A DNA stretch of 64,000 nt from Ascoidea asiatica JCM 7603 (Eukaryota > Fungi > Ascomycota), in assembly GCA_001600695.1 (NCBI GenBank), contig BCKQ01000004.1, positions 291,413-355,412 on the forward strand, in the 5' to 3' direction. Both the position numbers and the translations under genes were made by a program. Shown here one piece after another: positions 20,041-31,802 of the stretch (the stretch's first letter is position 1; every line of letters starts with the position of its first letter). The notes under the pieces were generated by a model that was given only the letters and a program-made list of their open reading frames with translations, was not told where the DNA came from and did not search any database.

Positions 20041-22084
20041 TTTGCTTTTCTAATAAAAACAATTGCTATTGGATTTTAATTTTCAATCTTTTAACTTTTC
20101 TTTCAAAAAATACTATCAAGAATATATATACTGTATAAATCTTTTTAAATGATTTCGAATCTATTTAAGATATAGACAAATCAAAAAAATAAAGCAACTT
20201 TTCCACTATTAGTAACTTTAATATTTTGTTTTAAATAAAATTTAATAACACCAGTATTGCATTGATTTGTTGAAATCAATTTTACAATTTTATTTAAAAG
20301 AAAGTTTCTTTAAGGTTTGTAAACTGGCAGGGATAATATGTTCAAGAAATACTAATGTTTTTGACAATTTCTTTTCTTGATTCACTTGTAATTAACAGGA
20401 GTTGTTTATTTTGATTAGCTTTTCTCTTTGACTAATATCATACTGCGTATGCATACAAATCATTATTTATTTCAATGATGTTAGGAGTCGATAAATAGAA
20501 TTACAATGGTGTATCATTAGTTGTCTGATACATATCCTTTAATAACGTAAGTTTCTCTTCCCAATAAAACCCAAATCAGTTGGAATTTGGAAAATAATCC
20601 TGATATGAATCAGCAAAAAAGGTTTTGTTTGTGTTTACAATTTACCTAATCAGGAACATTTTTCACAAAATGCAACACTGCGTTGAATACTGCTTAGAAC
20701 GCGCACATTCCAGCTGGATTCTGCATCCGTCAACGCACCGCCCATTAAAGCTTCCCTCATTAGGTAGTTCCGGGTTTAAAATTCCCAGTTTTGGATTTCC
20801 AAAGGTTAAAAATTCTAGTTTATTAAAATTTCACAAGAATTTTAATAACAATTTTTAATCATATTCTGTGCAAGAATTTAAAAAAGGATTTCCACAAGAA
20901 TTTCGACAATTATGTAAATTCGCCCGAGGCAATCCTCTACAATTATGATCATTCATTTTTTTTATTTTGGCGAAAAAAGGTTTAAAGGTTGAAATTGGCA
21001 TAGAAAATGAAAATCAAAACAATAAATTTATTTGATTCTCAAAAGTGGATAGAAGTATTTCTTGAAGTGTTATCAATTCGAATTATTTTTAACTGCGATC
21101 TTCCGAAACATTTGAGCCTCAAGTTTCATAATTTTTATACTAGTAAATATTCACTTCTTAGATCTTTTTTCTAAACCGTTTTAACCCAAGAAAAAATTCG
21201 CCTGATTGATATTTTCTTCGTCAGCAGAGATTTAGGGCATACATTTAGGACACACGTTTAAGACAGATTTAGGGATTGTCTGATGGAGAAACAATTTAAA
21301 ATTCAAATTTAGGATTAAAATTTAGGATTTAAATTTAGAATGAATATTTTCGGATCATTCCTTGTATGAAAAATATATTATGATCGAATATCCTCCTTGA
21401 GATAAAGCAGATGGAAAAGTTTGTGAATATAATTCTTCAAAGAATGTGATATTGATGTATTGTAGTATCATTGAAAATCAACTATTTTGATTAATGCTTT
21501 GGGTTAGCTTATTATGTTTTTTGCTTATTTAATTTTTAAAGAGATTAATTAAAATAGGTTACCGTATTTGTAAAACAGGTATATAAATATATAGATATAT
21601 ATGTATTAGGTAAGCTTAATGATAAAAAAAGGTTAAAACAAAAAATTTTTAATAAAAAAAAATGAAGGATCAAACAATAATAAAAGTTAAAAGTAAATCA
21701 AAAGTAAATCAAAATTAAAATTAAAAGATATTAAAGTTAAAATTAAAATCATAGCTCAAATTCTAAGTAGAATTAAAACTAAAAATCAATTAAAAATAAA
21801 AATAGAATTTTAGTAATAAAAGTAAATCAAAACAAAAAAAAAAAGTAAAAATAAAATAAAAAATCAAATTAAAATCAGATAAAATTAAATAAAAAAAAGC
21901 AGAAAGAGCTTATTCATTACTAATGAGAAAAATATAAAATGAAAATGCAATTGGAAACAATCGAAAAAAAAATTTGAAGCACAAAACAGCATACTATCTG
22001 AAAAATCCTTTCAATTGAATTTAATTCGTTTAACATTGCCAATAATAATAAATTTATCAAATCAATGTTAAAAACGTTCCAGCC

Positions 22085-25000
22085 TTATTTGGTATAACTA
22101 GCGAATGGATTAACCGCACGAACAGTTAAACATGGTAAAGCCATTCCAATTTCAGCCCTTAATAAAATAGGTACTTGACGTGATTCATGAATTTCTTGAA
22201 CACAATAGTTTCCTTCAACTCTAGTGATTATATCAGTTAAATATGGTTTTAATGGACCATCACCATCTATTTCACCACAACTTTCTTTAGATTCTTCACT
22301 TTGAGATATTACATTAGATCCTGAAACAACTCTTTGAGGTTTTATAACTTCACCAGAGCTATCACCTTCAGGCTTGATTGGAGAATTTGGTAAACTTTGA
22401 GATCCAGTTGAATCCTTTTCAAGATTACCTTTTGATAAATCATCTGGTAATAATACTTTTGGTATAGTTAAATGTAATTTATTTAACTTTTCTATTAATT
22501 CTTCTGATCCAATTTGTCTTTTAGATAATTTAGCCTTCTTTTGATATGAAGCTGCTTCTAAAGCAGATGTTCTAAATTTATTTTTGATCGAAGTTCTGTA
22601 TGATAAAGGTTGTTTTTCATCAACAGGAATGAATGTAGCTGAATCAACACCTTTTTCCCAAAATAATTCTAAAACTTTCTTGTTTTTATCAAATTCCGCT
22701 TTAAGTAATGGAAGTTGATCACCATGAACTCTTTTTTCAATACCAAGTTCTGGAATTAAAACATCAAATGATGATTCATAAACCTGTAATACTGTTCCTA
22801 TACATAATAATTGCCCAGTAGATTCACTCATGGAATTTATAGTTTGGGATAAAAGTAAATGAATTGATTGTTCTTGTGCACTTTTAGAACAATCTTTTTT
22901 GAAATTACAGTATTCAGCTGTCATTCTTAAAGATTCAACATCTTCTTTGAATTCACTTTCTCCTGCTAATACTGCTTTTACTTGTCTATGAACAATTAAA
23001 TCAGCATATCTTCTTGACGGAGAAGTAAAATGTGTATATAAAGGTAAATTAAAATAATAATGTCCATACATTTCGGAATCAACTTTTCCAGCAACATAAT
23101 ATTTACCTCTATTTAAACATTTACTTAATAATACTTCAACACATTTTCTTTGAGTATCGTCTGTAATAGATAAAATACTATTTTGTAAAGTATCCGAAGT
23201 TGATGCATCAAGTGTTAATCCTAATGTTGCAATCTTTCTCAAAAATGTTTCAAATTTAGCCAATGTTGGTATTGGGTCTCTTCTCAAAAATGCTTTATCA
23301 CCTAATTTAGCATATATTTTTTGAGCAATTGTTGCATTAACTTTATGATAAATTTCTTCAATTACAGAATAAGATAAATTGTTATTAAAAATGTTTAAAT
23401 CAAGTCTGATCATTTCATCATCGAATTGATCTAATAAAGTTAATACAGGAGTATTTTCAAGATGATTATTTCTTAATCTTTGACGTCTGAATTCTTTTGA
23501 GATTAGAGCAAGGGTTCTAATATAATCAGCAGTAGCAGAAGAGATTCCTTGATTGATTTTACCTTTTATTAAAATATCATCCATTTCATCATATGTAATG
23601 ATTTGTTTTGGATTGATAATACTTTCACCAATCCAAACATCATCAATTTCAAAGCTATTTGTATCAATTTGGAAAACTGTAGATAATGATAAAGATTCTT
23701 GACCTTCTGCAAAACTGATAAGATCAATAATTTTTTTAGGAAGCAAATTTTTGATAACATTTTGAATAAGATGAACAGAAATGTTTCTTTTTTTAATTTT
23801 CTTATCGAGTAATGTTCCTGCTTTGACAAAATAACTAACATCAGCAACATGTACACCAATTTCAATTTTATCATCATTAAGTCTTTCAATATGAATTGCA
23901 CTATCAGAGATTTCGCCAGTTGGAGTTAAACCAATTACATATTCATGTTCAAATACTCTTCTATTTTGATCTTTTAATCCATCTTCAATGTTTGGTAAAT
24001 CATTAAATAATGCCAAGTCTTTTTGAGTAACACGTTCACCAGGATCAGCAAATTCATCACCAAGAAAATTATTATCTCTTAATATAGATTTAATTTCTGT
24101 TTTTGGATCTTCAATTGAACCTAATTGACTAATTAAAGTTCCAAAAGGATGTAATGAAGTAATGGGCCAACGTTTAATAGAGGCAACAAATAATTTATCG
24201 GAATATTTATCATGATTTTGAACAAAATCTTTTGGAGCTTGTTCTGTTGGAATAGCAATTAAAGGAACTTTTTTATCAGTTGGTTTAAACCAAACAATTT
24301 TTGGAGCTCTACCAGAATTATTATTTGAATTATCTTTAGATTGTTGAGAAGGACGAACAAGACCAAGAGTACCTGCAAATAATTGACTAGGAATACGATC
24401 AATTACAGCTACAACATGGCCAGCAAATAATGGTTTATAATTATCATTAATTTCTTCTTCCTCGACCAAAAGTAAAGATTGACCTTCAACTTCAACATCA
24501 TCATTTTTTTTTTGAGTTGGTCTTTGTTTAAGAGAGCCTCTTCTTTTAATTGGTCTTGGAACACCATGGACATTATCAACAGTTGTTGAACCTTTTGAAG
24601 AATTATCATTTTCCGTCGAACCCGAAAAAGTACTTGCATCGTTATGTAAATCGTCATTTGGAGCAGAAGAAATTCCAAAATCTTTTCTTTTTCTTTTTTC
24701 TTCTTTTTCTCTTTTACTACTCCAAACTTCATCAACAACTAATAATTCAACAGCAACTAAATCACCTTCTAAAGCTCTATTACGATCTTTTGAACCACAA
24801 ATATAAATATCAGCATCCAATAAACCATCAGTCGAAACATAGGCATCAGATCTATTTTTTTTATTAACACGTAAAATACCAGTTACTAGACGACCATCAT
24901 TAATTAATTCTGGTAAAGAACTTTGAGGTAAATAAGGAGCGAATAAAGACTTTCTTTGTGGACCTTGAGAAACAGAATTATTACCAAATTGAGATTGATT

Positions 25001-26446
25001 TGGAAAACCAGGTAATTGAAAACCTTGAATTGAAGACATTGAAGAAAATGATCCTGCGCCAAAAGAAGATTTACCTCTATGGCCAGGAGTGAAAGAGGGA
25101 ATTTCTAAAGTGTTATTATAATCAGAAGTATTTTGTTGATTATTATTAATATTTTGTTGATTATTATTATTGTTATTATTATTGTTATTAATATTAATTG
25201 GACCTTTTAGATTACCTAAAGATTGAGAATTTGTTAATTTATGTTGAATTTGATTTTGAACAGGCATTAAATTTTGATTTTGGTTAGATTGATTATTTGA
25301 TTGATTATTATTTGATTGTTGAATTCTCCAATTTGAGTTAATATTAGAATTATCATAATTTCTACTAGCATTTTTAAAATGGCCAGAAGATGGTTTTCTT
25401 TCATGCAAAGAACTGTTATTACGACTATGAGATGGAGTACGATTTGAATCAGAAGAACTTGAAGAATTTCTTTGATGACCACCAAACATTGGTTGTGGAG
25501 GTAATAAAGATTCTGAATTTGAATTTGAAGGAATAGGACTGGAATTAGAAGAAGGTGGAAATTGAAATGAATTTACAGAAGGTTTATCATTTACTTGATT
25601 ATTTTGTTTGTTTTGAGAAGGAGATGTTGGAGTTTTTGGAAATTGAAAACCTGGAGGAGGTAAAATATTTTCAATAGTTGATTCATTGATTTTTGCAGGA
25701 GAATTATTTAATTGATTTGGATTTCTTTGAGATTGAGCAATTTGAGCAGCTTTTTTGGCTTCATTTAAACCTAAAGAGTGTCTTCTGGAATGACCTCCAC
25801 CACCACCAGAACTTTTTTGACGTTGATGACTTGGAGAATTAGGTAAATTTAAATTTAATATATTATTATTATTATTATTATTATTAGGATTAGTATTTTG
25901 CTGCTGTTGAGATTGAGATTGTTGTTGTTGATTTGGAAATACACTATAAGATTGAGAAGTTTTATGAGCAGGAGATGGATTAAGATTTAATTGTGGAATT
26001 GGTGGAACATTCAAACCATTATTTGGTAAGGCAAAAGAGCCCATAGAACCCATTGTTGAAGAAGATTGAGATCTTCTATGAGAACGTTTTTGATTTTTTT
26101 TATTTTGGTTATTATTTTGATTTTGATTTTGATTTTGATTTTGATTGTTATTATTATTATTGTTTTGATGTTGATTCATCATAAAATTTTGTTGAGCAGC
26201 TTGTTGTTGTAAGATTTGCTGTTGTTGTTGTTGAACAATTTCTAATTGACGCTGTAGAGCAAACTGTTCAATCATTAAAGTTGTTAAATCACTTGGTGAT
26301 CTTCTGTGAGCAATATGTAATTGTTTTTTTCTATTCCTGGATTGATTTTGACCTTGTTTACTGGGAATATTCTCAGAACCAGGAACCTGAAGAGTATTAT
26401 TAACATTATTATTATTGTTATTATTGTTATTGCTATTAGATTCCAT
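22085..26446 (-). CDS. SSD1: RNA-binding RNase II-like pseudonuclease Ssd1
   Basis: Q/N-rich N-terminus with multiple HxR/KxxS Cbk1 sites and two FQFP docking motifs; RKSLFAPYLPQ, LRVNKKNRSDAY, YTHFTSPSRRYAD, LPCLTVRAVNPF. Confidence 0.97.
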   Translation of the reverse strand: MESNSNNNNNNNNNVNNTLQVPGSENIPSKQGQNQSRNRKKQLHIAHRRSPSDLTTLMIEQFALQRQLEIVQQQQQQILQQQAAQQNFMMNQHQNNNNNNNQNQNQNQNQNNNQNKKNQKRSHRRSQSSSTMGSMGSFALPNNGLNVPPIPQLNLNPSPAHKTSQSYSVFPNQQQQSQSQQQQNTNPNNNNNNNNILNLNLPNSPSHQRQKSSGGGGGHSRRHSLGLNEAKKAAQIAQSQRNPNQLNNSPAKINESTIENILPPPGFQFPKTPTSPSQNKQNNQVNDKPSVNSFQFPPSSNSSPIPSNSNSESLLPPQPMFGGHQRNSSSSSDSNRTPSHSRNNSSLHERKPSSGHFKNASRNYDNSNINSNWRIQQSNNNQSNNQSNQNQNLMPVQNQIQHKLTNSQSLGNLKGPININNNNNNNNNNQQNINNNQQNTSDYNNTLEIPSFTPGHRGKSSFGAGSFSSMSSIQGFQLPGFPNQSQFGNNSVSQGPQRKSLFAPYLPQSSLPELINDGRLVTGILRVNKKNRSDAYVSTDGLLDADIYICGSKDRNRALEGDLVAVELLVVDEVWSSKREKEEKRKRKDFGISSAPNDDLHNDASTFSGSTENDNSSKGSTTVDNVHGVPRPIKRRGSLKQRPTQKKNDDVEVEGQSLLLVEEEEINDNYKPLFAGHVVAVIDRIPSQLFAGTLGLVRPSQQSKDNSNNNSGRAPKIVWFKPTDKKVPLIAIPTEQAPKDFVQNHDKYSDKLFVASIKRWPITSLHPFGTLISQLGSIEDPKTEIKSILRDNNFLGDEFADPGERVTQKDLALFNDLPNIEDGLKDQNRRVFEHEYVIGLTPTGEISDSAIHIERLNDDKIEIGVHVADVSYFVKAGTLLDKKIKKRNISVHLIQNVIKNLLPKKIIDLISFAEGQESLSLSTVFQIDTNSFEIDDVWIGESIINPKQIITYDEMDDILIKGKINQGISSATADYIRTLALISKEFRRQRLRNNHLENTPVLTLLDQFDDEMIRLDLNIFNNNLSYSVIEEIYHKVNATIAQKIYAKLGDKAFLRRDPIPTLAKFETFLRKIATLGLTLDASTSDTLQNSILSITDDTQRKCVEVLLSKCLNRGKYYVAGKVDSEMYGHYYFNLPLYTHFTSPSRRYADLIVHRQVKAVLAGESEFKEDVESLRMTAEYCNFKKDCSKSAQEQSIHLLLSQTINSMSESTGQLLCIGTVLQVYESSFDVLIPELGIEKRVHGDQLPLLKAEFDKNKKVLELFWEKGVDSATFIPVDEKQPLSYRTSIKNKFRTSALEAASYQKKAKLSKRQIGSEELIEKLNKLHLTIPKVLLPDDLSKGNLEKDSTGSQSLPNSPIKPEGDSSGEVIKPQRVVSGSNVISQSEESKESCGEIDGDGPLKPYLTDIITRVEGNYCVQEIHESRQVPILLRAEIGMALPCLTVRAVNPFASYTK

Positions 26447-28023
26447 TTTTAAGAGGATTATGTTATTTAAGAAGAAAAAAAATAATATTAATAGTAGTAA
26501 TAGTAATTGAAGTACTAATAATAAGCTAAGTAAAAATGATTGATTGAGTAATTAAAAAAAAATATTAAACTAGGTAAGTAAGTGAGTAAGAAGATATTGA
26601 ATTATATAATTGATGAATTAAAATTAAATGAATGAAGATAAAAAAGGGATATAATTCAAAAATAGGCTAAAAATAATTCAATTTGAATTATTATAATTGA
26701 TAAAGATTTGAATTAAGCAATTGATTGATTAAATTAATTGATTAATTGAATTGATTGCTTGATGTAGTAGTAGATGAGATAGATTTATTCAATTGATTAA
26801 TTTTCAAGAACGAATTTGATTAAAAACACGTTTTAGGTAATGAAGAAGAAATAAAAAGAATTAAGATGATATTAGTTTTGATTAATAATAATATATTTAG
26901 ATAGATAGATATAGATATAAATATAAATATAAATATAAATATAAATATAGATCGATGGATTGATAGGTAGTTAGATAGATAGATAGATAGATAAATAATT
27001 AATAAGGAATAGTAATGATTTGGGGGATAGAATATACAATACAATACCAGGAATATGATTAAGATTCAAGTGTTTAATTGAAAATGGTCATAAATTATTA
27101 GTAGAAAAAAATAAATTGACAGAGAGATGATAGAAATAGACCTGATAAACTTGGTAGACTTTGAATATATTCTATTGATTTCAGTAGTGGAATTTGTATC
27201 AATTACTTAATTATTGACAATTGAAAGTGAAATTGACTACTAGCTATTAACTGTTAGTTATTAGTTATTGAAGATTGAATATTGAATATTAAGTAAATTA
27301 TAAATTTTCCAGTATGCAATGGACTAAAATTCTGCTTTAGAATGCCAGAAGATATTCTTATTATTCTTATTATTCTTCTGCTTCTTACTATTAAATTTTT
27401 TTTCTTAAGTGTGGTAGTGGTAATAAATAATGTGAGTTTGCTACGGTGGGTGTTAACTGTCACAAGAATAATACAATAATACAATAATAATAATAATACA
27501 ATGCCAGTTTCCTCGCACATTTCTCTGTGGGCACTGGTCTGGACGCTGGCCTGGGCAACGGAGTACTCACTGCGTGAGTCTCATACGGTCCATGCTGCTC
27601 TGGTTGGCCACTCTGGCCGTGGTGAGCCACTCGCGGCTGGAGATTTCTTGCTTCAGAAAGAAAGAATTGGATCCGGTTCCGTGATGCGGTGCGGTGCCTC
27701 TGACTATGGTTTGCTCTGGCGGTGATGCCATCTGGCTACTTGCTATAAATAGCCTTTTCTTCTTTCTTTCTCTGTGTACTTTACCGTCATTCCCTTCTCC
27801 ACCACCAAAATACTGAATCTTTTACCAGTTATTACAATAGTGCTCTCACTATTATTGCTCTTTCTTTAAAGAAGTCACCTGATACATTTATTTTTTCTCT
27901 CATTATTTTGGTATATACGGTATTCAATTGCCAAGAAAAGTATTTTATTTACAGTCGGAATTAGACTAGAATATATTACTATATATGGAATAGATATACT
28001 GTATAAAGTATTCTGTATAAATA

Positions 28024-29280
28024 TTAAAATTTTGATTTCTGATTATCAATTTTAATATTACCTAATTTTTCATTCAATTTAATTTCATACAATAGATTGA
28101 ATAAATTTTCTCTGACATTTGGATCATTTTTGTTTAAGTTATTTTTTGAAATAAAATTATTAACATTTTCTTTTTCAAAAGTATAATCATTTAAAAGTTT
28201 TTTACTATTTTCATTGAAATTATTAATTAAAATTTCAATTAGACTATCCGGATCTTCACAATTAACTAAATGTTCACCATTTTTAATTTCAATTTTTTTG
28301 AAGTTTTTAATATTAACTTTAAGAAAATTATAAACCTCATAATTATTCCATTTACTTTTATCACCAATGATATGTATAACTTGAATTTTATTCGAAATTG
28401 AATTTAAAAAAAATTTATTTAAATTATTTTGATTTTGTATTAAACTATTTGATAATTCAATATCATCACCAATTGAATTTGAAAGATATGAAATCATTTG
28501 TTGTTTGATATCTGTTTTTAAATGAATTTCTGATTTTTTTTTGTCTTCACTATCTTCAGTATATAAAATTTCTGATTTTAAAAAATTTTCAAGTATAATT
28601 GGATTAAATCTCTTGAAAATTGAATAGTTTTTAAAATAATTTTCGCATTCTTTTAAATTTTTAAAATCTGTTTTGATTATTTTATTTAAAATTTTAAATC
28701 TTTTGAAAACTATATTCAAATCTTCTCTATTAATATAAATTACTGGATCTATAGCAAAAACTAAATTGATCAAATTTGGTTCTAAACTTGCAGCATAAAG
28801 TGCTTGATATCCACCCATTGAATGTCCAATTAATATATTTGTTTCCTTTATATAATTATCATTATAATTGAAATTCATTTCTGTTTTAATAATTTTGATT
28901 AAATCATTTGAACTATCTTTCCATTCATATTCAACACCTAGTTTATTTTTATTTATAATATTTGAATCTCCATGATTAACATTATCTATAGCTATAGCCC
29001 AATTCAATTTCCATGATTTTTTTATATTTTTATTATCATATTCAAATAATTTATCAATATGATAATCCCAAATTTCTTTGTTCATTCCAGTTCCATGAAG
29101 AAAAATTAAATTAAACGGAATTCTGTTGTCTTTATTGTTATCTTTATCTTTTTCTTTTTTCTCAAACTTATTATAAACAATTTTTAATTTATCATTTGGT
29201 AATAAAGTTGATCCTTTATATCTTGATTCATTGGCATCAATCACTTTTACTGTTTTTATATAGTATTCATTCATTTTCAT
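28024..29280 (-). CDS. LPX1: Peroxisomal alpha/beta hydrolase, Lpx1-like
   Basis: NLIFLHGTGMNKEIW, AIDNVNHGDS, GHSMGG nucleophile elbow, GEHLVNCE; C-terminal SKF (PTS1-like). Confidence 0.8.
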   Translation of the reverse strand: MKMNEYYIKTVKVIDANESRYKGSTLLPNDKLKIVYNKFEKKEKDKDNNKDNRIPFNLIFLHGTGMNKEIWDYHIDKLFEYDNKNIKKSWKLNWAIAIDNVNHGDSNIINKNKLGVEYEWKDSSNDLIKIIKTEMNFNYNDNYIKETNILIGHSMGGYQALYAASLEPNLINLVFAIDPVIYINREDLNIVFKRFKILNKIIKTDFKNLKECENYFKNYSIFKRFNPIILENFLKSEILYTEDSEDKKKSEIHLKTDIKQQMISYLSNSIGDDIELSNSLIQNQNNLNKFFLNSISNKIQVIHIIGDKSKWNNYEVYNFLKVNIKNFKKIEIKNGEHLVNCEDPDSLIEILINNFNENSKKLLNDYTFEKENVNNFISKNNLNKNDPNVRENLFNLLYEIKLNEKLGNIKIDNQKSKF

Positions 29281-29801
29281 TAATTTTACTAAATATTTCT
29301 TTTAAAAATACAATAAAATCGAATCAAATTAGACCAAAAAGACCTTTTATTTAAATCCATCCAGTTAAATCCATTCACATTCTCATTATAATATTTATTT
29401 AATAGACAGTTGATTGCAATAGATAAATTGAAAAGGAGAGAGAATAATAAACTTATAATGAGCATGATTCTTGTATTATTACTTATTCTTCTTTCTAAAT
29501 TACATCACAACCAGTGCCATTGATTCATATGCTTTTGAATCTACCCCAAATTGAAAGGAGTCCCTGATATATGGTCTCTTTTCTGCTTTCTTTCTTGTTT
29601 TCTCTTGTGATGGACTTCTTCTCCTCTCTCGATGGAGTTCTCCTGTGACCCGATGGTTCTGCAGCGCACACCGGCAAGTTCCGCTCCAATTTCCTCAACA
29701 ATGTGTCACCGGACCGAGTTTACATGTGACTTAACTATATCTAACATCCTTAAATCTCGGATGAGATCCCGTAAGAATGCTATCGGGTCTGCACTTGGCT
29801 G

Positions 29802-30291
29802 TGATTGTAGTTCGCACGAAATATCTAATTATTACTAAGACGATAACTACTTCAAATTATAATCAATTGTTAATTAAATTATAAAATATATAAAAATTAT
29901 ATAAAAAATATGGGAGGTAAGTGCCCTATTTATATTAGTGGAAAATAGGAGCGGGAAACCTATTTTAAAAATAAATTTGTAAATTTAGTATGTGAAAGTT
30001 CACTTCCCATACTTAAGAAAAAAAATGGAATAAAGTATTGTTCTAGAAGACACTACGTCATTCTAAGAACAAACACGAAGATTCCAATACATTCGAGATA
30101 CACACAGAACTTCGAAGAAAAAATAAATAATGCAGACCCAGAACGTTCTAGTACACTTAACATGCACACGAAAGTTCTGACAACGCAATAGAATGTACTC
30201 GTAGAACAATCTATGCAATCTGAGAAAATCCACGAATAGGCCAGAATAATTGAAGACAATTCTAGTGAAAAAATAAAATAACTAACAATCA
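29802..30291 (-). repeat. 3' LTR (490 bp)
   Basis: Starts TGATTGTAG and ends AATAACTAACAATCA; aligns to 35630-35964 plus about 155 extra bp. Confidence 0.88.
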
Positions 30292-30304
30292 AATAGCACC
30301 AGAA

Positions 30305-31718
30305 TTACCAGTTCATGGTCCTGGAGATGTTCGTTAATTTTGATCTATCACTATTTAATAATTTTTGAGAATGATTGAAAATATTTTCAATTGGATGTTT
30401 ATCGTCAATCAAGGCAGGCAATAATCTATTACAATTTACTTTATTTTTAATATCAGCACAGTTTAAAGTTGAGCGTTTGTAAACAATATTATGAAAAACG
30501 TTTTTCACAATATATGGAGCATCATAATATGGTTCTAATTTGAGGTTTCTAACTTTTTATTCTAAAACATAATCACCCACTTCAAAAAATTTAATGAATG
30601 CTTTGTCTTCTTGAAGGTCTTTTTGGTATTGGCAATGTTCCACTTAATTTTGGAATGTTCCTTTCTTTTTTTATTTAGCTTTGAAATTTGTAAGACTCTT
30701 AATTGAGTAGAGTCTTGATTCTCGGCCTCTGGAGGTTCTCTTGCATAAGGTCGCATATCATTTCTTGAACCTGAATATACACCAAAAGCTAGAAAGTAAG
30801 GTGCAAATGCATATTTTGAGTTTCATGACCTGTATGGATTTAATGCAGCATTAATAAGGAGGTCCCATTCTGAGGAATCATTCAAATGAAATAAAATTTG
30901 TTTGAATAAACCATTAAACTTCTCACATTTACCATTAGTCTCTGGGTGATGTGGAGTGGTTTTGCGACATTTGATTCCTAAAGAATCTAATTTCTCAATA
31001 ACATTAATTGCAGGAAACCCAGAACTATTATCCATACTTATTTCTTTCATTTGACCATGCTTAGTGAAGATCGTTTGAATTAAATTTAAAATATGTAACG
31101 AGCCAGTATCTGGTGTTGCAACAGCATAACCATAAGCTGTACCATAATCAATTGCAGTGATACAAAATTTATTTCAGATGAAGTTTTTTTAAAAGGACCA
31201 ATATAATTCATCACCCATCGTGAGAAGGCTGTTCCAGAAGAAATTGGAGTTAATGTCTTAGAAATAGCTGATGGCTTTTTCATAAGCTGACAATGAGGAC
31301 AAACTCTAATAACTTCTTGAAATAATAGGATACTATCAGGATGAAAGTATTTTTCATTTACCATGTTTTCTAGATTTCCAATGGAACAGTGAGCATTTGA
31401 AAGATGAACTTTTTCAGACACTTCCTTAAACTTATCTTCACTTAAAACAATAGCTAAACGATCTTTATTTCTAATATGTAGTTGATTATCATAGACAATA
31501 AAGTTAGCAAAGATAAATTTAGAACACATATTTTTAGGAATTTCTTTATTTTGAAAAAATTCTTTAATTCTAATAAGATCGAGTTCACACAAATCCTTAA
31601 TTGATTTGATGGTTTTGATCCGAGTTTCAGTTTCATTAAGTTCATCAATTTCCATTAATGTCTCATTTGCTTTTTCATCAACCAAATCAGTCCTTCTTGA
31701 TAGTAAATCAGGAACCAC
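30305..31718 (-). pseudogene. Retrotransposon integrase, fragmented
   Basis: HHCC region VHLSNAH...CPHC; core RWVMNYIGP (first Asp read as Asn), ISMDNS, HPETNGKCEKFN; GPY/F-like KLEPYYDAPY near 30510-30545; split over several frames. Confidence 0.85.
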
Positions 31719-31802
31719 ATTTTGTTTTCAAGCCTTATATTGAATATCACAATCATAATATTCAATGATTTCAATGAATGTTCTAACTCTTTTTCCAGGA
31801 TC

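Noticed and set aside
20474-20605. C/D box snoRNA (ATGATG...CTGA)
   Set aside because: Imperfect C box and no rRNA guide that I could recognise
18067-26446. KIC1-SSD1 RAM-network gene cluster
   Set aside because: The kinase length and C-terminus look Sps1/Sid1-like rather than Kic1-like; the adjacency is probably incidental
27501-27725. 74-aa ATG-initiated ORF
   Set aside because: It coincides with a GC island, uses many CTG/GCG codons unlike the real genes here, and shows no homology cues
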